Positions 10,614 to 20,888 of a stretch of DNA of 41,443 nucleotides are shown here, piece by piece. The DNA comes from Candidatus Methanomethylicia archaeon (GTDB lineage: Archaea; Thermoproteota; Methanomethylicia; CALHIW01). Below the pieces are notes generated by a model. It was not told where the DNA came from, made no database searches, and saw only the letters and a list, made by a program, of their open reading frames with translations. The stretch lies in NCBI GenBank assembly GCA_038845975.1, contig JAWBQF010000023.1:1-41443 (forward strand). Reading direction: 5' to 3'. The position numbers were made by a program, and so were the translations under genes. Each line of letters begins with the position of its first letter. The first letter of the stretch is position 1.

Positions 10614-10703
10614 GAACTTATCTGAAAACTCTTAAATATTGTTAAGACTTAATTAGATTAATAATTTAACTATCAATTAATTATGGAGTTTTCAGGCAAA
10701 CTC
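10614..10703. mobile_element. 90-bp MITE, family M1 copy 1
   Basis: Imperfect TIRs GAACTTATCTGAAAACTC / GAGTTTTCAGGCAAACTC; near-identical copy at 29196-29284. Confidence 0.75.
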
Positions 10704-11052
10704 ATTTTCAATAATCATATTTTAAGATCAGCTCTTAAAACTCTTCGGTTTAACTACCAATAAATTGGATAAATCTTAATGGGAATAAACTATTAAACAT
10801 ATAAACTGAAGAAGGGAAGGTGGAAAAATTCTTCAAAGAAGAAGTAATTCACATAGTGAGTATATGAACTAATAGAGAGTCTATTCAAAATACAGGAGGC
10901 AGGGAACATCTTCTTCTATCCATTAGACAGTATATTATAGATGTTGAAGCAGTATGTTCACATGTATGGTTGCTGGTAATATATGTTAAGAAAACCTATT
11001 TAAGCCTTAAAGTTAGCATTAAAAATATACTAGAACAGTTAGTTGTTATTGG

Positions 11053-12153
11053 GTGGTTATGATGGATATTGATGAGAGAATGGAGCTTATAAAAAGAGAG
11101 CCGACAGAGGAGATAATAACTGAGGAGGAGCTTAGGCATTTGCTTTCATCTAAAAGTAATGTTAGAGCTTATGATGGATTTGAGCCTTCAGGGCTTTTAC
11201 ATCTTGGCTCAGGACTTCTTAGGGCAATTAAGCTTCAAGACTTTATTGATGCAGGTATTCATTTTATACTTTATATTGCAGACTGGTTTGCATACTTAAA
11301 TAATAAGTTTGGCGGTGATATGGATATAATCAGGAAGGCTGGAGAATACTATATTGAGGGATGGAGGGCCTGCGGTGTTGATATGAGTAGAGTTGAAGTT
11401 AAATGGTCTAGTAATCTTGCTAAAATGCCTGAGTACTGGGAGACTTTTCTGAAAATTTCTAGGAATGTAACTATTAATAGAGTTGTTAGAAGCGTAACGG
11501 TAATGGGTAGAAGGGAAAGTGAAGTTAAACATTTCTCATTTCTTGTCTATCCTATAATGCAGACAACGGATATATTTATGCTTAAAGCAGACATCTGTCA
11601 GCTTGGAATAGATCAGCGAAAAGTAAATATACTTGCAAGGGAAATAGGGCCTAAAATTGGGTTTTGGAAACCTATTGTAGTTAGCCATCACCTTCTCATA
11701 GGGTTACAAGGCCCAGCTAAAATGGGAGGATATGATGAATCGGCTCAAATAGATCTTCAAATAAGTTCAAAAATGAGTAAGAGTAAACCAGAAACATGCA
11801 TATACATTCATGATGATGAGGAAGATATTAAAGACAAGATAAGAAAAGCATACTGTCCTCCAAAACAAGTAGAATCAAACCCTATACTTGAAATATGTAG
11901 ATACATAATATTTAGGAAAATGGATTCACTAATAATTAAAAGAGAAGCAAAATATGGTGGATTGCTAGAATTTAAATCATATAATGAGCTGGAGCAAGCA
12001 TATAGAAGTGGAGTAGTGCATCCACTTGATTTAAAGATTGCTGTTGCTGAAGCTTTAAATGAAATAATAGAGCCAATTAGAGCATATTTTAAAAATAATG
12101 AGAAAGCATATGAGCTTTACGAAATTATAAGAAAATCTGAAGTTACAAGATAG
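11053..12153 (+). CDS. tyrS: Tyrosyl-tRNA synthetase (archaeal type)
   Basis: YDGFEPSGLLHLG (HIGH-like), YPIMQTTDI, GIDQRK, KMSKS, HPLDLK. Confidence 0.97.
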   Translation: MVMMDIDERMELIKREPTEEIITEEELRHLLSSKSNVRAYDGFEPSGLLHLGSGLLRAIKLQDFIDAGIHFILYIADWFAYLNNKFGGDMDIIRKAGEYYIEGWRACGVDMSRVEVKWSSNLAKMPEYWETFLKISRNVTINRVVRSVTVMGRRESEVKHFSFLVYPIMQTTDIFMLKADICQLGIDQRKVNILAREIGPKIGFWKPIVVSHHLLIGLQGPAKMGGYDESAQIDLQISSKMSKSKPETCIYIHDDEEDIKDKIRKAYCPPKQVESNPILEICRYIIFRKMDSLIIKREAKYGGLLEFKSYNELEQAYRSGVVHPLDLKIAVAEALNEIIEPIRAYFKNNEKAYELYEIIRKSEVTR

Positions 12154-12279
12154 ATATCAATTAAACCAAATCACACATCTGATAACTTAACATACCACGA
12201 TGCTTTTAAGCCATCAGGAATAGCTATTTTAAATTAAATATATAAGAAACTTTATTAGTTAAACTGTATCATTAATTTT

Positions 12280-12696
12280 ATGAGTTTAAAAGATCTTATC
12301 GATATAACATCCTTTGAAGGGGGACTTGTACATTTAAACTTCTTAAAGCAATCACTTAAAATCAGAACAGAACCTTTAAAACATATATCAAGAGTAGAAG
12401 CTGAAAAGATAGCTGAAATTTGTGGAGGTGAGCTCGTAGACTTAAGAATTGATGATTCTACAGATTGGTGTGTAAAGTTCACTCCACTACCTAATTTTGA
12501 AATTTACATATTCATGCAGAGGTATTCACCGGAATTTGAAGATAGTATTTTAGCATTATACTCTAGAGGAACTCTTAATTGGGGTATTCCAGCTGAGGAT
12601 ATTGCTGAATGGACTATTCTATTTGTAAATGCCATGATCTATGCATGTAGAAGGAAACTTGATAAAAATATTCCGAGAATTTCACATTATCTATAG
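12280..12696 (+). CDS. Hypothetical protein, possibly DUF3786-like
   Basis: 138-aa ORF; FTPLPNFEIY...EF...LY...PAEDI pattern. Confidence 0.65.
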   Translation: MSLKDLIDITSFEGGLVHLNFLKQSLKIRTEPLKHISRVEAEKIAEICGGELVDLRIDDSTDWCVKFTPLPNFEIYIFMQRYSPEFEDSILALYSRGTLNWGIPAEDIAEWTILFVNAMIYACRRKLDKNIPRISHYL

Positions 12697-13509
12697 CTAC
12701 TTACTAATTTTCTGCATGAAAGCCGATATATTACTATACTCTCTTCTCCTTCCAGTCTTTTCATATATAGTTAACTCATCCTTAAGTATTTTTACAATTT
12801 CTTCTCTTTTACCTTCATTAAGCTTTTCATATACATTATAGGCTTTATCTATATTTCCATCAATAATGAGTTTTACAACATAATCAACGATAGAAATAAT
12901 AAAAGAACCCTCACTTCCCTTCACCATAACGAATCCGGAATTGAAATCAAATTCTTCAACTTTAAACTCGCCCTTTTTAGTACGTTCATCTAGTGCTTTA
13001 TTACTAATTAGGTTTTCTAGCCCATATGCTAATATTGCTCTATCCAAAATTTCCAACGCTTCATTACCTAATGCAGCTATTACTTCTAAATCCTCAGTAT
13101 TTAGTGGGAGCTTAAATGATCTTCCACATATAAAGATCTCCCCATGTAAGCCATCAACATTCTTAGTAGGTATCTTAGCATTTATAAAGCTATCATGAAT
13201 CATTATAGCAACATCTTCATGTTTCCCATCTGGATAAAAGATTCTTACAGCCTCCTCCCATAAACCAGCACTAACTTCACCGTGGATAATTGGTCCTTCA
13301 AGAACTGGACTACTGTACTTATAAGCTAGAATTTTACCTATACTATCAATAAAGCCAATAACATCAACAATTCTGAATTCAATCCAACCAGTCTTAGTTT
13401 TAATCCTTAAACTATAAGGATTGCCTATTACAGTACAGCCTAAATCCTCAATACCTTTTATAAACTCCTCAATACTCAATGACTCCGATGAAACTCCAAT
13501 AATACTCAA
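12697..13509 (-). CDS. Conserved hypothetical archaeal protein
   Basis: 270-aa ORF with TTG start, SD-like GTGGGAG, protein-like composition. Confidence 0.8.
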   Translation of the reverse strand: MSIIGVSSESLSIEEFIKGIEDLGCTVIGNPYSLRIKTKTGWIEFRIVDVIGFIDSIGKILAYKYSSPVLEGPIIHGEVSAGLWEEAVRIFYPDGKHEDVAIMIHDSFINAKIPTKNVDGLHGEIFICGRSFKLPLNTEDLEVIAALGNEALEILDRAILAYGLENLISNKALDERTKKGEFKVEEFDFNSGFVMVKGSEGSFIISIVDYVVKLIIDGNIDKAYNVYEKLNEGKREEIVKILKDELTIYEKTGRRREYSNISAFMQKISK

Positions 13510-13566
13510 TATCTCCCACTACATATAGTTTACATGCATGTATATAAAATTTAAGTATTATAAACT

Positions 13567-14160
13567 GGCTTTGTTAACCTGAAACATGTTTATCACTCTA
13601 TTTTGGTGTCGTATTCTTTATGTATTCTCTAGCTTTATTCTTTCATTGATTCATGTTTGTTTAGATATACTATCGATTTCATAAGCATCGATACATGTTC
13701 ACTATTGCGTTTATCCTTTATATACGTATGTAGTTATCGAATAGCTTAGTTTTATCCTAATGTATTATTCTCTCCATTAATTCTAGTTAAACTATGTTAT
13801 GTTTAATTCATATTTACATGTTATAGTATTGAGCTTCATCACTTAATACAATTATGTTAGAACCGTAGAGAGCTTTAATTTTCTTAGAAATGTTATTGAT
13901 GTAGGTATGTTGCAACATCGCAAATCCATATGTATAGAATATCAATAATGACTTGAATACAACATAATAATCTTATTTTAGAACTACAATTGCAGTATTA
14001 TTAACCATAAAATCTAACAATCCTCCTACCAATAGGAAGCTTAAAGATCTAAACCATAACGTAGATACAACTCCCAACGATAATAAGCTTAGAATATCTG
14101 AAGCCATTCTAGATGAACGAAAATATATGTAAGCAATAAACAACTAAAGTTAACAAAGCT
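13567..14160 (-). mobile_element. Decayed IS6-family element, family A copy 1 (deletion near the transposase 5' end)
   Basis: TIRs GGCTTTGTTAAC...GTTAACAAAGCT; colinear with 19775-20473 and 33649-34317. Confidence 0.8.
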
Positions 14161-14239
14161 ATAAACCTAAAGTAAACGCTACCCATAAATATTAGAGTAT
14201 CAAGTATAATATGGATTCAATTTATTGTAGTATTACACT

Positions 14240-15115
14240 ATGAAGAAACCGTTTTCATATAGATATAGGAGAAAGCCTCTTCTATTTTCACAGAATGCTA
14301 TGGAGCTTATTAAAGCATGGAGAAACGGAAGAAATACAGCTGAAGTTAGCTTTGACCTAGGACTATCAAAAAAACAGGTTGAACTAAGTAAAGGAGGAGT
14401 ATTAATTGATGAATTCCTTATTGATTGGACAGTAATTAATACAATAAGCTGTGATCTAAATGATAATATATACGTATTGAATGAGGGAAATATTGAGAAG
14501 CTTAGCTGGTACTCTAATAAGTATTTTTACAAGCTTAAACTAGTTAAGCCAGATACTGCACCAACACTTGAAATTAGCGGGATTCATATGCATAGAATTA
14601 AGGGCATTACTCCATGGGAGGATTCTACTCTTAAGATTAAATATCTTAACATCACAATGAAAGCTAAAGTTCTCGACATATGTACGGGATTAGGATATAC
14701 TGCAATATTATCACTAAGAAAAGGAGCTGGACAGGTATTATCTATTGAAAAGGATATTAACGTACTTAGAATGGCTGAGTATAACCCTTGGAGTCAAGGC
14801 CTAGAAGATAAAAACATAAATATACTTTTAGGTGATGCTTTTGAGGTTTTGAAGGAATTTGACGACTCCATATTTGATGGAATTATTCATGACCCTCCAA
14901 GATTCTCTCTTGCGGGAAACTTATATAGTTTAAGCTTTTATAATGAACTTTATAGAGTCCTTAAACCAGGAGGAAGCTTAGTACATTATGTTGGATTACC
15001 GAGATCTAGAAGAGGAGTAGACTTCGTATCTGGAGTTATGAAACGTTTAAGAAAAACTGGATTTAAAACATATCGTATTAAGGAAATTCAAGGTATTAAG
15101 GCAATTAAGCCATAG
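14240..15115 (+). CDS. SAM-dependent methyltransferase (archaeal COG2521-like)
   Basis: APTLEISGIHMHR, VLDICTGLGYTA, IIHDPPRFSLAG. Confidence 0.9.
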   Translation: MKKPFSYRYRRKPLLFSQNAMELIKAWRNGRNTAEVSFDLGLSKKQVELSKGGVLIDEFLIDWTVINTISCDLNDNIYVLNEGNIEKLSWYSNKYFYKLKLVKPDTAPTLEISGIHMHRIKGITPWEDSTLKIKYLNITMKAKVLDICTGLGYTAILSLRKGAGQVLSIEKDINVLRMAEYNPWSQGLEDKNINILLGDAFEVLKEFDDSIFDGIIHDPPRFSLAGNLYSLSFYNELYRVLKPGGSLVHYVGLPRSRRGVDFVSGVMKRLRKTGFKTYRIKEIQGIKAIKP

Positions 15116-15551
15116 TTGCTCTTTAATATGGGGCTGTTAGTATATCACTTTAGAAGTTAATGATTTCAAAATTTAACTAGAAGTTAATGAAGACTCCAGA
15201 CATAAGTAGACAGTATCCCACCAATAAATCAGCAATAACATTCTACTAAAGAACACTCATAGTTATTAATTGCATGATAGCAATTAATAATCTACAGAAA
15301 ACATTCTTAAAACTTAGAAATTTAAATGATTGAAACTATATTATAGCTGTTTAAGTAAATGTCTAATTGGTTGTTTAAGACAGCTAATTATAAGTATTTA
15401 CCCTGTACATTCTTTCTTTTGAAGTACATGAATTCTTAAGATTAACTCTAATAATATTTAATTTTGAGTTTAGCTTTGTATTTGCTTACTTAGACAGTAT
15501 TCTATAGTAATCATTATCTGAAACAACATTTTTAACATGGATTTTAAAATA

Positions 15552-16118
15552 TTAGACAATACCTTTAACACTTTTACAGCCTTTACTAGGATAGATAGCG
15601 TTTTTAAATGCTAATCCAAGAGCTTTAAATACTGCTTCAACTTTATGATGATCATCCTCACCATAAAGAACATTTACATGTAGTGTTATATTGGCAGAGT
15701 AGGCAAAACTTCTTAAGAAGTGCTTTATTTCCTGTATTGATATATCATCTATTCTTTCATGAACACAGTTTAAGTTTACTACAGCATAAGGTCTTCTAGC
15801 AAGATCTAATGATACTAATGCAAGAGAACAGTCCATTGGAATGATTGAGTAGCCAAATCTTTCAATATCTTCTCTATCACCTAAAGCATTGTCTATAGCT
15901 TTACCAAGACATATGGCTACATCCTCAATTATATGATGTCTTAAATCGCCTTTAGCTCTAACTATTAAATCGAAAGAACTAAACAGTGAAAATGTTTTTA
16001 ACATATGATTTAGGAAAGTAATACTAGAGTCAATTAGAGATTCACCAGAGCCGTCAATATTAACTTTAACATATACTTCAGTTTCAAGTGTCTTACGTGA
16101 AAACTCATACATTCTCAT
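15552..16118 (-). CDS. hisB: Imidazoleglycerol-phosphate dehydratase
   Basis: RKTLET, FLNHML, HHIIED, PMD, DDHHKVEAVFKA. Confidence 0.96.
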   Translation of the reverse strand: MRMYEFSRKTLETEVYVKVNIDGSGESLIDSSITFLNHMLKTFSLFSSFDLIVRAKGDLRHHIIEDVAICLGKAIDNALGDREDIERFGYSIIPMDCSLALVSLDLARRPYAVVNLNCVHERIDDISIQEIKHFLRSFAYSANITLHVNVLYGEDDHHKVEAVFKALGLAFKNAIYPSKGCKSVKGIV

Positions 16119-17113
16119 TGTGATACAGCCTCCTTTAAGACGTTTATGAAAACATCATTCATATCAGGAGTACCAACAGTAACTCTTAGATAATGTTTAT
16201 TAAGTGGAGGATCATCAAATCTCCTTACAAATACCTTATTTCTATATAGGTAATTATAGATAGACTCTACATTCGTTTCTGTTCTAAACAGTATGAAGTT
16301 AGTCTTTGAACCAAATGGTTTAATTCCATTAATTGTACTTAGAGCATTGATTAGTCGTTCCCTTTCAATTTTTAATTTTCTAATAGCTTCCTCAACAATA
16401 CTTCTATTCTTAATCATCTTAATCCCCATAAGTACTGATATAGTATTAACATTGAATGGAGGAATGGAGGATCTTAATTTATCTGCTAACTTATATGATG
16501 CTACTAGAAAACCTAGTCTAAATGAAGCTAGTCCAAAGCCTTTTGAGAATGTTCGAACAATAATGAGGTTATCATATTTACTTAATATATTTATGGTGGA
16601 GTAATCAGCGAAGTCTACGTAAGCTTCATCAACTACAACGATACCATTAAATTTATTTATGAGTTTTTCTAAATCATCAATTCTAAATTGATTACCTGTA
16701 GGATTGTTTGGTGAACATATGAAGCAGAGATCTGCAGTATTATTAAGTCTTAAAATATCATCAACGTTTATATCGAAGTTTGTAGTCAACATACTTTCAT
16801 AGATTCTAACATTAAATACTTCAGCAGCCCATCTATAAATTCTAAATGTTGGATTGGTAATTATAATTCCTCTTTTAGCTAATATCTTAACAAGTAAAGC
16901 TATTAAGTCATCACTACCATTCCCTATAACTATCGATTCTACTGGCACGTTTAGAAGAGAACTGATTTCATGTATTAAAAGCATATATACTTTATCGCTA
17001 GGATAAAGTCTTAAATCTACTTCATCAACAATCTCTTTAACAAGATTAGAAAGGAAAATTCTCGGTATAAAGAAGTTTTCATTAGCATCAAGCTTTATAA
17101 CTTCCCAATTCAT
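16115..17113 (-). CDS. hisC: Histidinol-phosphate aminotransferase
   Basis: LDANEN, GNGSDD, CSPNNPTG, DEAY, RTFSKGFGLASFRLG. Confidence 0.95.
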   Translation of the reverse strand: MNWEVIKLDANENFFIPRIFLSNLVKEIVDEVDLRLYPSDKVYMLLIHEISSLLNVPVESIVIGNGSDDLIALLVKILAKRGIIITNPTFRIYRWAAEVFNVRIYESMLTTNFDINVDDILRLNNTADLCFICSPNNPTGNQFRIDDLEKLINKFNGIVVVDEAYVDFADYSTINILSKYDNLIIVRTFSKGFGLASFRLGFLVASYKLADKLRSSIPPFNVNTISVLMGIKMIKNRSIVEEAIRKLKIERERLINALSTINGIKPFGSKTNFILFRTETNVESIYNYLYRNKVFVRRFDDPPLNKHYLRVTVGTPDMNDVFINVLKEAVSQ

Positions 17114-17118
17114 GCCAG

Positions 17119-18414
17119 CTACATCTCAGTAAGTCTATATTTAACAGATAAGAAGTGATTAGGTAGATTTTCATTAATCGCAAGTATTCTAATAGTATTT
17201 AGGGAAGCTTTTAATCCCTCAATACTTCCAGAAACAATACATATTCTCTTGATGAAGTCCAATGAGGATAAACCCGAATATACTCTAGCATATCCACCTG
17301 TGGGTAAAACATGATTAACACCAATATAGTAATCTGAGACTGCAGTAGGAGTATAGTTACCGATTAATATTAATCCAGCATTCAATATTCTTTCAACAAT
17401 GTATTCCCATTCATTAACTATTATTTCAAGATGTTCAGGAGCAAAATTATTAATAAATGCTATAGCCTCATTTAAATCAGTACATAATGCTATAAAGCCA
17501 TTATTTGATAATGATTTTTCAACAATATCGTGTCGAGGTAAACTATCCATGAGCTTAACTATATTTGAATATACATTCAATGCTAGCTGCCTTGATGTAG
17601 TTACTAATCCGACAATAGAATCTGGACTATGCTCAGCCTGTGAAATAAGATCTAAAGCTACAGCTTTAGGATTAGCGGATTCATCAGCTAAAACTAGTAG
17701 TTCAGATGGTCCTGCAAACATATCTATTAATACATCTCTGGATACTAGTAGCTTAGCAATGCTTACATATTTTCCTCCAGGACCTACAATCTTATCTACA
17801 GATTTTACCGTTTCAGTACCGTATGCTAAAGCTGCTATAGCCTGGGCGCCACCAACACGATATATCTCTTTAACACCGCAAATATCAGCAGCGACAAGAA
17901 CAACTGGATTAATCTTAATACCTAAGCTAGGAGGAGTACAAATACATATTCTTGAAACACCTGCAACAAATGCAGGTATGGTAGACATAATTAATGAACT
18001 CGGATAATATGCTAAACCACCAGGAGCATATACGCCTACATTACTAAGAGGTTTAGTAATATGCTTTACTGTAAAACCGTTAATAGATAGTGATAAGTTT
18101 AAACTTTTAATAATGGATTCCTCAACTTTCATTACATTATCTCTTAAAGTCTTAATAGCATTAATATCATCTTCACACACAAGACTATATGCTTCTTCTA
18201 TTTCATCTTTTGAAACAATAATATCCTTCTTCGATATTTTAACACCATCAAATCTATTAGTTAAATCAATTATTGCATCATCACCTTTCTCCCTAACATA
18301 TTTTATTATATTCTCAACATATTCTAAGTCATTTTTAGATATGTAGCTTTCACGACGCCTACTTAATAAGCTAACATACATGTCCTTAAGTAGTCCTATC
18401 TTAATCAAATCCAT
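17119..18414 (-). CDS. hisD: Histidinol dehydrogenase
   Basis: GVYAPGG..YPSS, GGAQAIAALAYG, IDMFAGPSE, QAEH, APEHLE, NHVLPT. Confidence 0.97.
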   Translation of the reverse strand: MDLIKIGLLKDMYVSLLSRRRESYISKNDLEYVENIIKYVREKGDDAIIDLTNRFDGVKISKKDIIVSKDEIEEAYSLVCEDDINAIKTLRDNVMKVEESIIKSLNLSLSINGFTVKHITKPLSNVGVYAPGGLAYYPSSLIMSTIPAFVAGVSRICICTPPSLGIKINPVVLVAADICGVKEIYRVGGAQAIAALAYGTETVKSVDKIVGPGGKYVSIAKLLVSRDVLIDMFAGPSELLVLADESANPKAVALDLISQAEHSPDSIVGLVTTSRQLALNVYSNIVKLMDSLPRHDIVEKSLSNNGFIALCTDLNEAIAFINNFAPEHLEIIVNEWEYIVERILNAGLILIGNYTPTAVSDYYIGVNHVLPTGGYARVYSGLSSLDFIKRICIVSGSIEGLKASLNTIRILAINENLPNHFLSVKYRLTEM

Positions 18415-19380
18415 TTACAACACCTCATCAAGAGAGAGGACTTGCCTAGGCTCATGTACAACAATTCCCTGCGCAAATTTTCTAATTAGAGGTAAGATTT
18501 TCAGAAACTCATCCTTATCAATAACCGTATTAATAGCATACCATCCTTTAAGTGATAGAGGAGAAATAGTAGGACTTTTAAGAGCAGGAATTACTGAAAG
18601 TATATTGTTCAGGTTCTCCTCCTTCACATTCATGAATACATGAATTCTTCTTCTACCATCAATAACACCCTTAATAAGTGCAAGTATATCATATATTTTT
18701 TCACGCTTAATACTATCTTTTAACGATTCTTTATTAGATATTAATACTGCGCATGACTCCATTAAAACCTCTATTGGCTTTAGGTTATTTTGAATAAGTG
18801 TAATTCCAGTTTCAACAACATCAACAATAGCATCAGCATCCTCAGGAGGCTTAGCTTCAGTAGCACCAAATGAGAGTATTACATTAACCATTACATTAGA
18901 GCCTTTCCTCCACCATGGAGTTATAGTAACAGGTTCCTGTAAGCCATAAAGCTTTAGATATTCATCATTGTTCATTAAATACTTACATGTTAAATTTAAA
19001 TATTCAGTAGATATCCTTAATCTTCTACCTAACCTATTAAACTCTCTAACTAATTCAGATAGTGTTCCTACATGTCCATATTCTTTAGGAATTGCTAGCA
19101 CTAATTTTACAAAGCCATAGTCAAGCCTTAATAGGATTTTAACCTCAGCATTAACTTCAGCAATCCAATCAGTACCGGTTATACCAATATCAATAAGACC
19201 TTCAGAAATATATATTGGAATCTCTTGGGGACGTAGAATTTTAAGACTGATATCAGGATCATTAATTAATGGACGGTAAGATCTCTCAAGGCCGGAAATT
19301 CTGTAACCGGATTGTTCAAGAAGAAGATAAGTATTACGCTCTAGTGAACCCTTAGGAATTGCGAACCTAATTTTACTCAT
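18415..19380 (-). CDS. hisG: ATP phosphoribosyltransferase (long form)
   Basis: AIPKGSL, RPQEIP, DIGITG, GATEAKP..ADAIVDVVETG, C-terminal regulatory domain SPTISPL. Confidence 0.96.
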   Translation of the reverse strand: MSKIRFAIPKGSLERNTYLLLEQSGYRISGLERSYRPLINDPDISLKILRPQEIPIYISEGLIDIGITGTDWIAEVNAEVKILLRLDYGFVKLVLAIPKEYGHVGTLSELVREFNRLGRRLRISTEYLNLTCKYLMNNDEYLKLYGLQEPVTITPWWRKGSNVMVNVILSFGATEAKPPEDADAIVDVVETGITLIQNNLKPIEVLMESCAVLISNKESLKDSIKREKIYDILALIKGVIDGRRRIHVFMNVKEENLNNILSVIPALKSPTISPLSLKGWYAINTVIDKDEFLKILPLIRKFAQGIVVHEPRQVLSLDEVL

Positions 19381-19535
19381 TATAGAACACCCTTAAGGGA
19401 AGATTTAACAAACAAGTAATCTTAAAGCCGAGTACAGAACTACCTATACATGTTGATCTAAATATGAAAACTATCACCTAAAATGAACAAAGCCACCCAT
19501 ATATTCACCTCTAGCATCCTGAGAAATGCTAGTAG

Positions 19536-19550
19536 TATATAAAGCTTTCT
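19536..19550 (-). promoter_or_regulatory. Putative BRE/TATA promoter of the his operon
   Basis: Minus strand AGAAAGCTTTATATA about 155 bp upstream of hisG. Confidence 0.45.
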
Positions 19551-19774
19551 AAGAAATAGCTTCACATAATTATTGTTTATTTACGCTTTTATATTTAGTT
19601 ATGTTCATCGTTATGATGTATTTCGATCGGTAATCTATGTTTTCAGTTGATGTATGAAGAAGTTATAGTTTTCTTAGTATTTCACTAGTCTCGACGGATA
19701 AACTTCCACATTATATTTCTTAAAGCAGCCATAAACAAATAGTCAGTAGCCAAGATTGTTAGAAGAGGAATAAA

Positions 19775-20473
19775 GGCTTTGTTAACTTAAGCATGTTTTA
19801 TCATCTCTATTTTGGTATTGTGTTTCTATGAATTCCTTAGCTTTTATTTTCCTTATCCATGTTTGCTTAATATGTATATTATTGATTTTATAAGCATTAA
19901 TACATGTTCACCATCACATCTATCCTTCATACACGGTATATAATTATCGAATAGCTTAGTTCTATTCTTAGTATACTGTATTATTCTCTCCATTAATTCT
20001 AGCCTCTAAACCATATAATGTTTTAATTTTAATATTCTACATGATGCTTTATAGTGTCGAGCTCCATCACTTAATACAATTATATTAGTCATAGATAGCC
20101 TTAATCTTTTAATGTTAGGGTGTAAGTATATTTGCAGCATCACAAACCCATATGTAGAGAATCCTCCTTAACAATAGCTTAAACGCAACATATATAACCT
20201 TACTCTTAGAATCTACACTTACAATAGATCAACTATAAATCTAACATCCCTCCTATCAATAGAAGCTTAAGATAAACCATAATATGGATACATAACTCCT
20301 AACAACAATAAGCTTAGAATATCCGAAGCCATCCTAGAAGAACGAAAATATATATAAGCACCATAACAACTAGAGTAAATGGAGTTCTCTCCCTACAAAC
20401 CTAACAACTTTAACCATATTAACACCATAAACAAGGGAGATAACTCCCAAATAAATCTAAAGTTAACAAAGCT
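19775..20473 (-). mobile_element. Decayed IS6-family element, family A copy 2 (longest copy, 699 bp)
   Basis: TIRs GGCTTTGTTAACTT...AAGTTAACAAAGCT; residual transposase motif VLSDGA.HYK on the minus strand. Confidence 0.82.
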
Positions 20474-20888
20474 ATAGTAAATAGAAAAAGCTTAAATAGT
20501 TGGGTAGATTTACATAGAATTCTCATTTACTATTGCTTAGTTCATATCGAATTGAACATAGTATTAGAATATAAGTTCATTTGAAACATATAAAGACTTC
20601 ATTAGAAGGAACAATTAATATATACTATGGATGTAAAAACCATAGAACATACTAAAATGTATATAACATGCTATAATTGAATAGGAGACACTTACCATTA
20701 ATAATTAAACATCATGTAGAAAATGGAAAATTAAAGATATAAATAAAATTAAAACCCTAATAATAGAAGTAGTAAAAATAGTGTAACATCTAAGATTAAT
20801 GGAATAGAGTATTCTCTACTCGAAAAACTTAAGTAAAGGTTCCTTTCTATACTTGAGTCAGTATAATTTGAAGGTTTTAATACATTAG

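Noticed and set aside
10598-10625. ATGATGA followed by CTGA
   Set aside because: Too short for a C/D RNA, lacks D'/C', and the CTGA belongs to the MITE TIR
13561-14166. TAAAC as target-site duplication of IS6-A copy 1
   Set aside because: AT-rich and not reproduced at the other copies; left as ambiguous
15151-15190. Direct repeat TAGAAGTTAATGA x2
   Set aside because: Only two units with a 14-bp spacer; not CRISPR-like and no cas genes nearby
17399-18007. 202-aa ORF and other shadow ORFs antisense to hisD, hisC, proS, ychF, eno-like and rpoD
   Set aside because: Antisense shadows of well-supported genes
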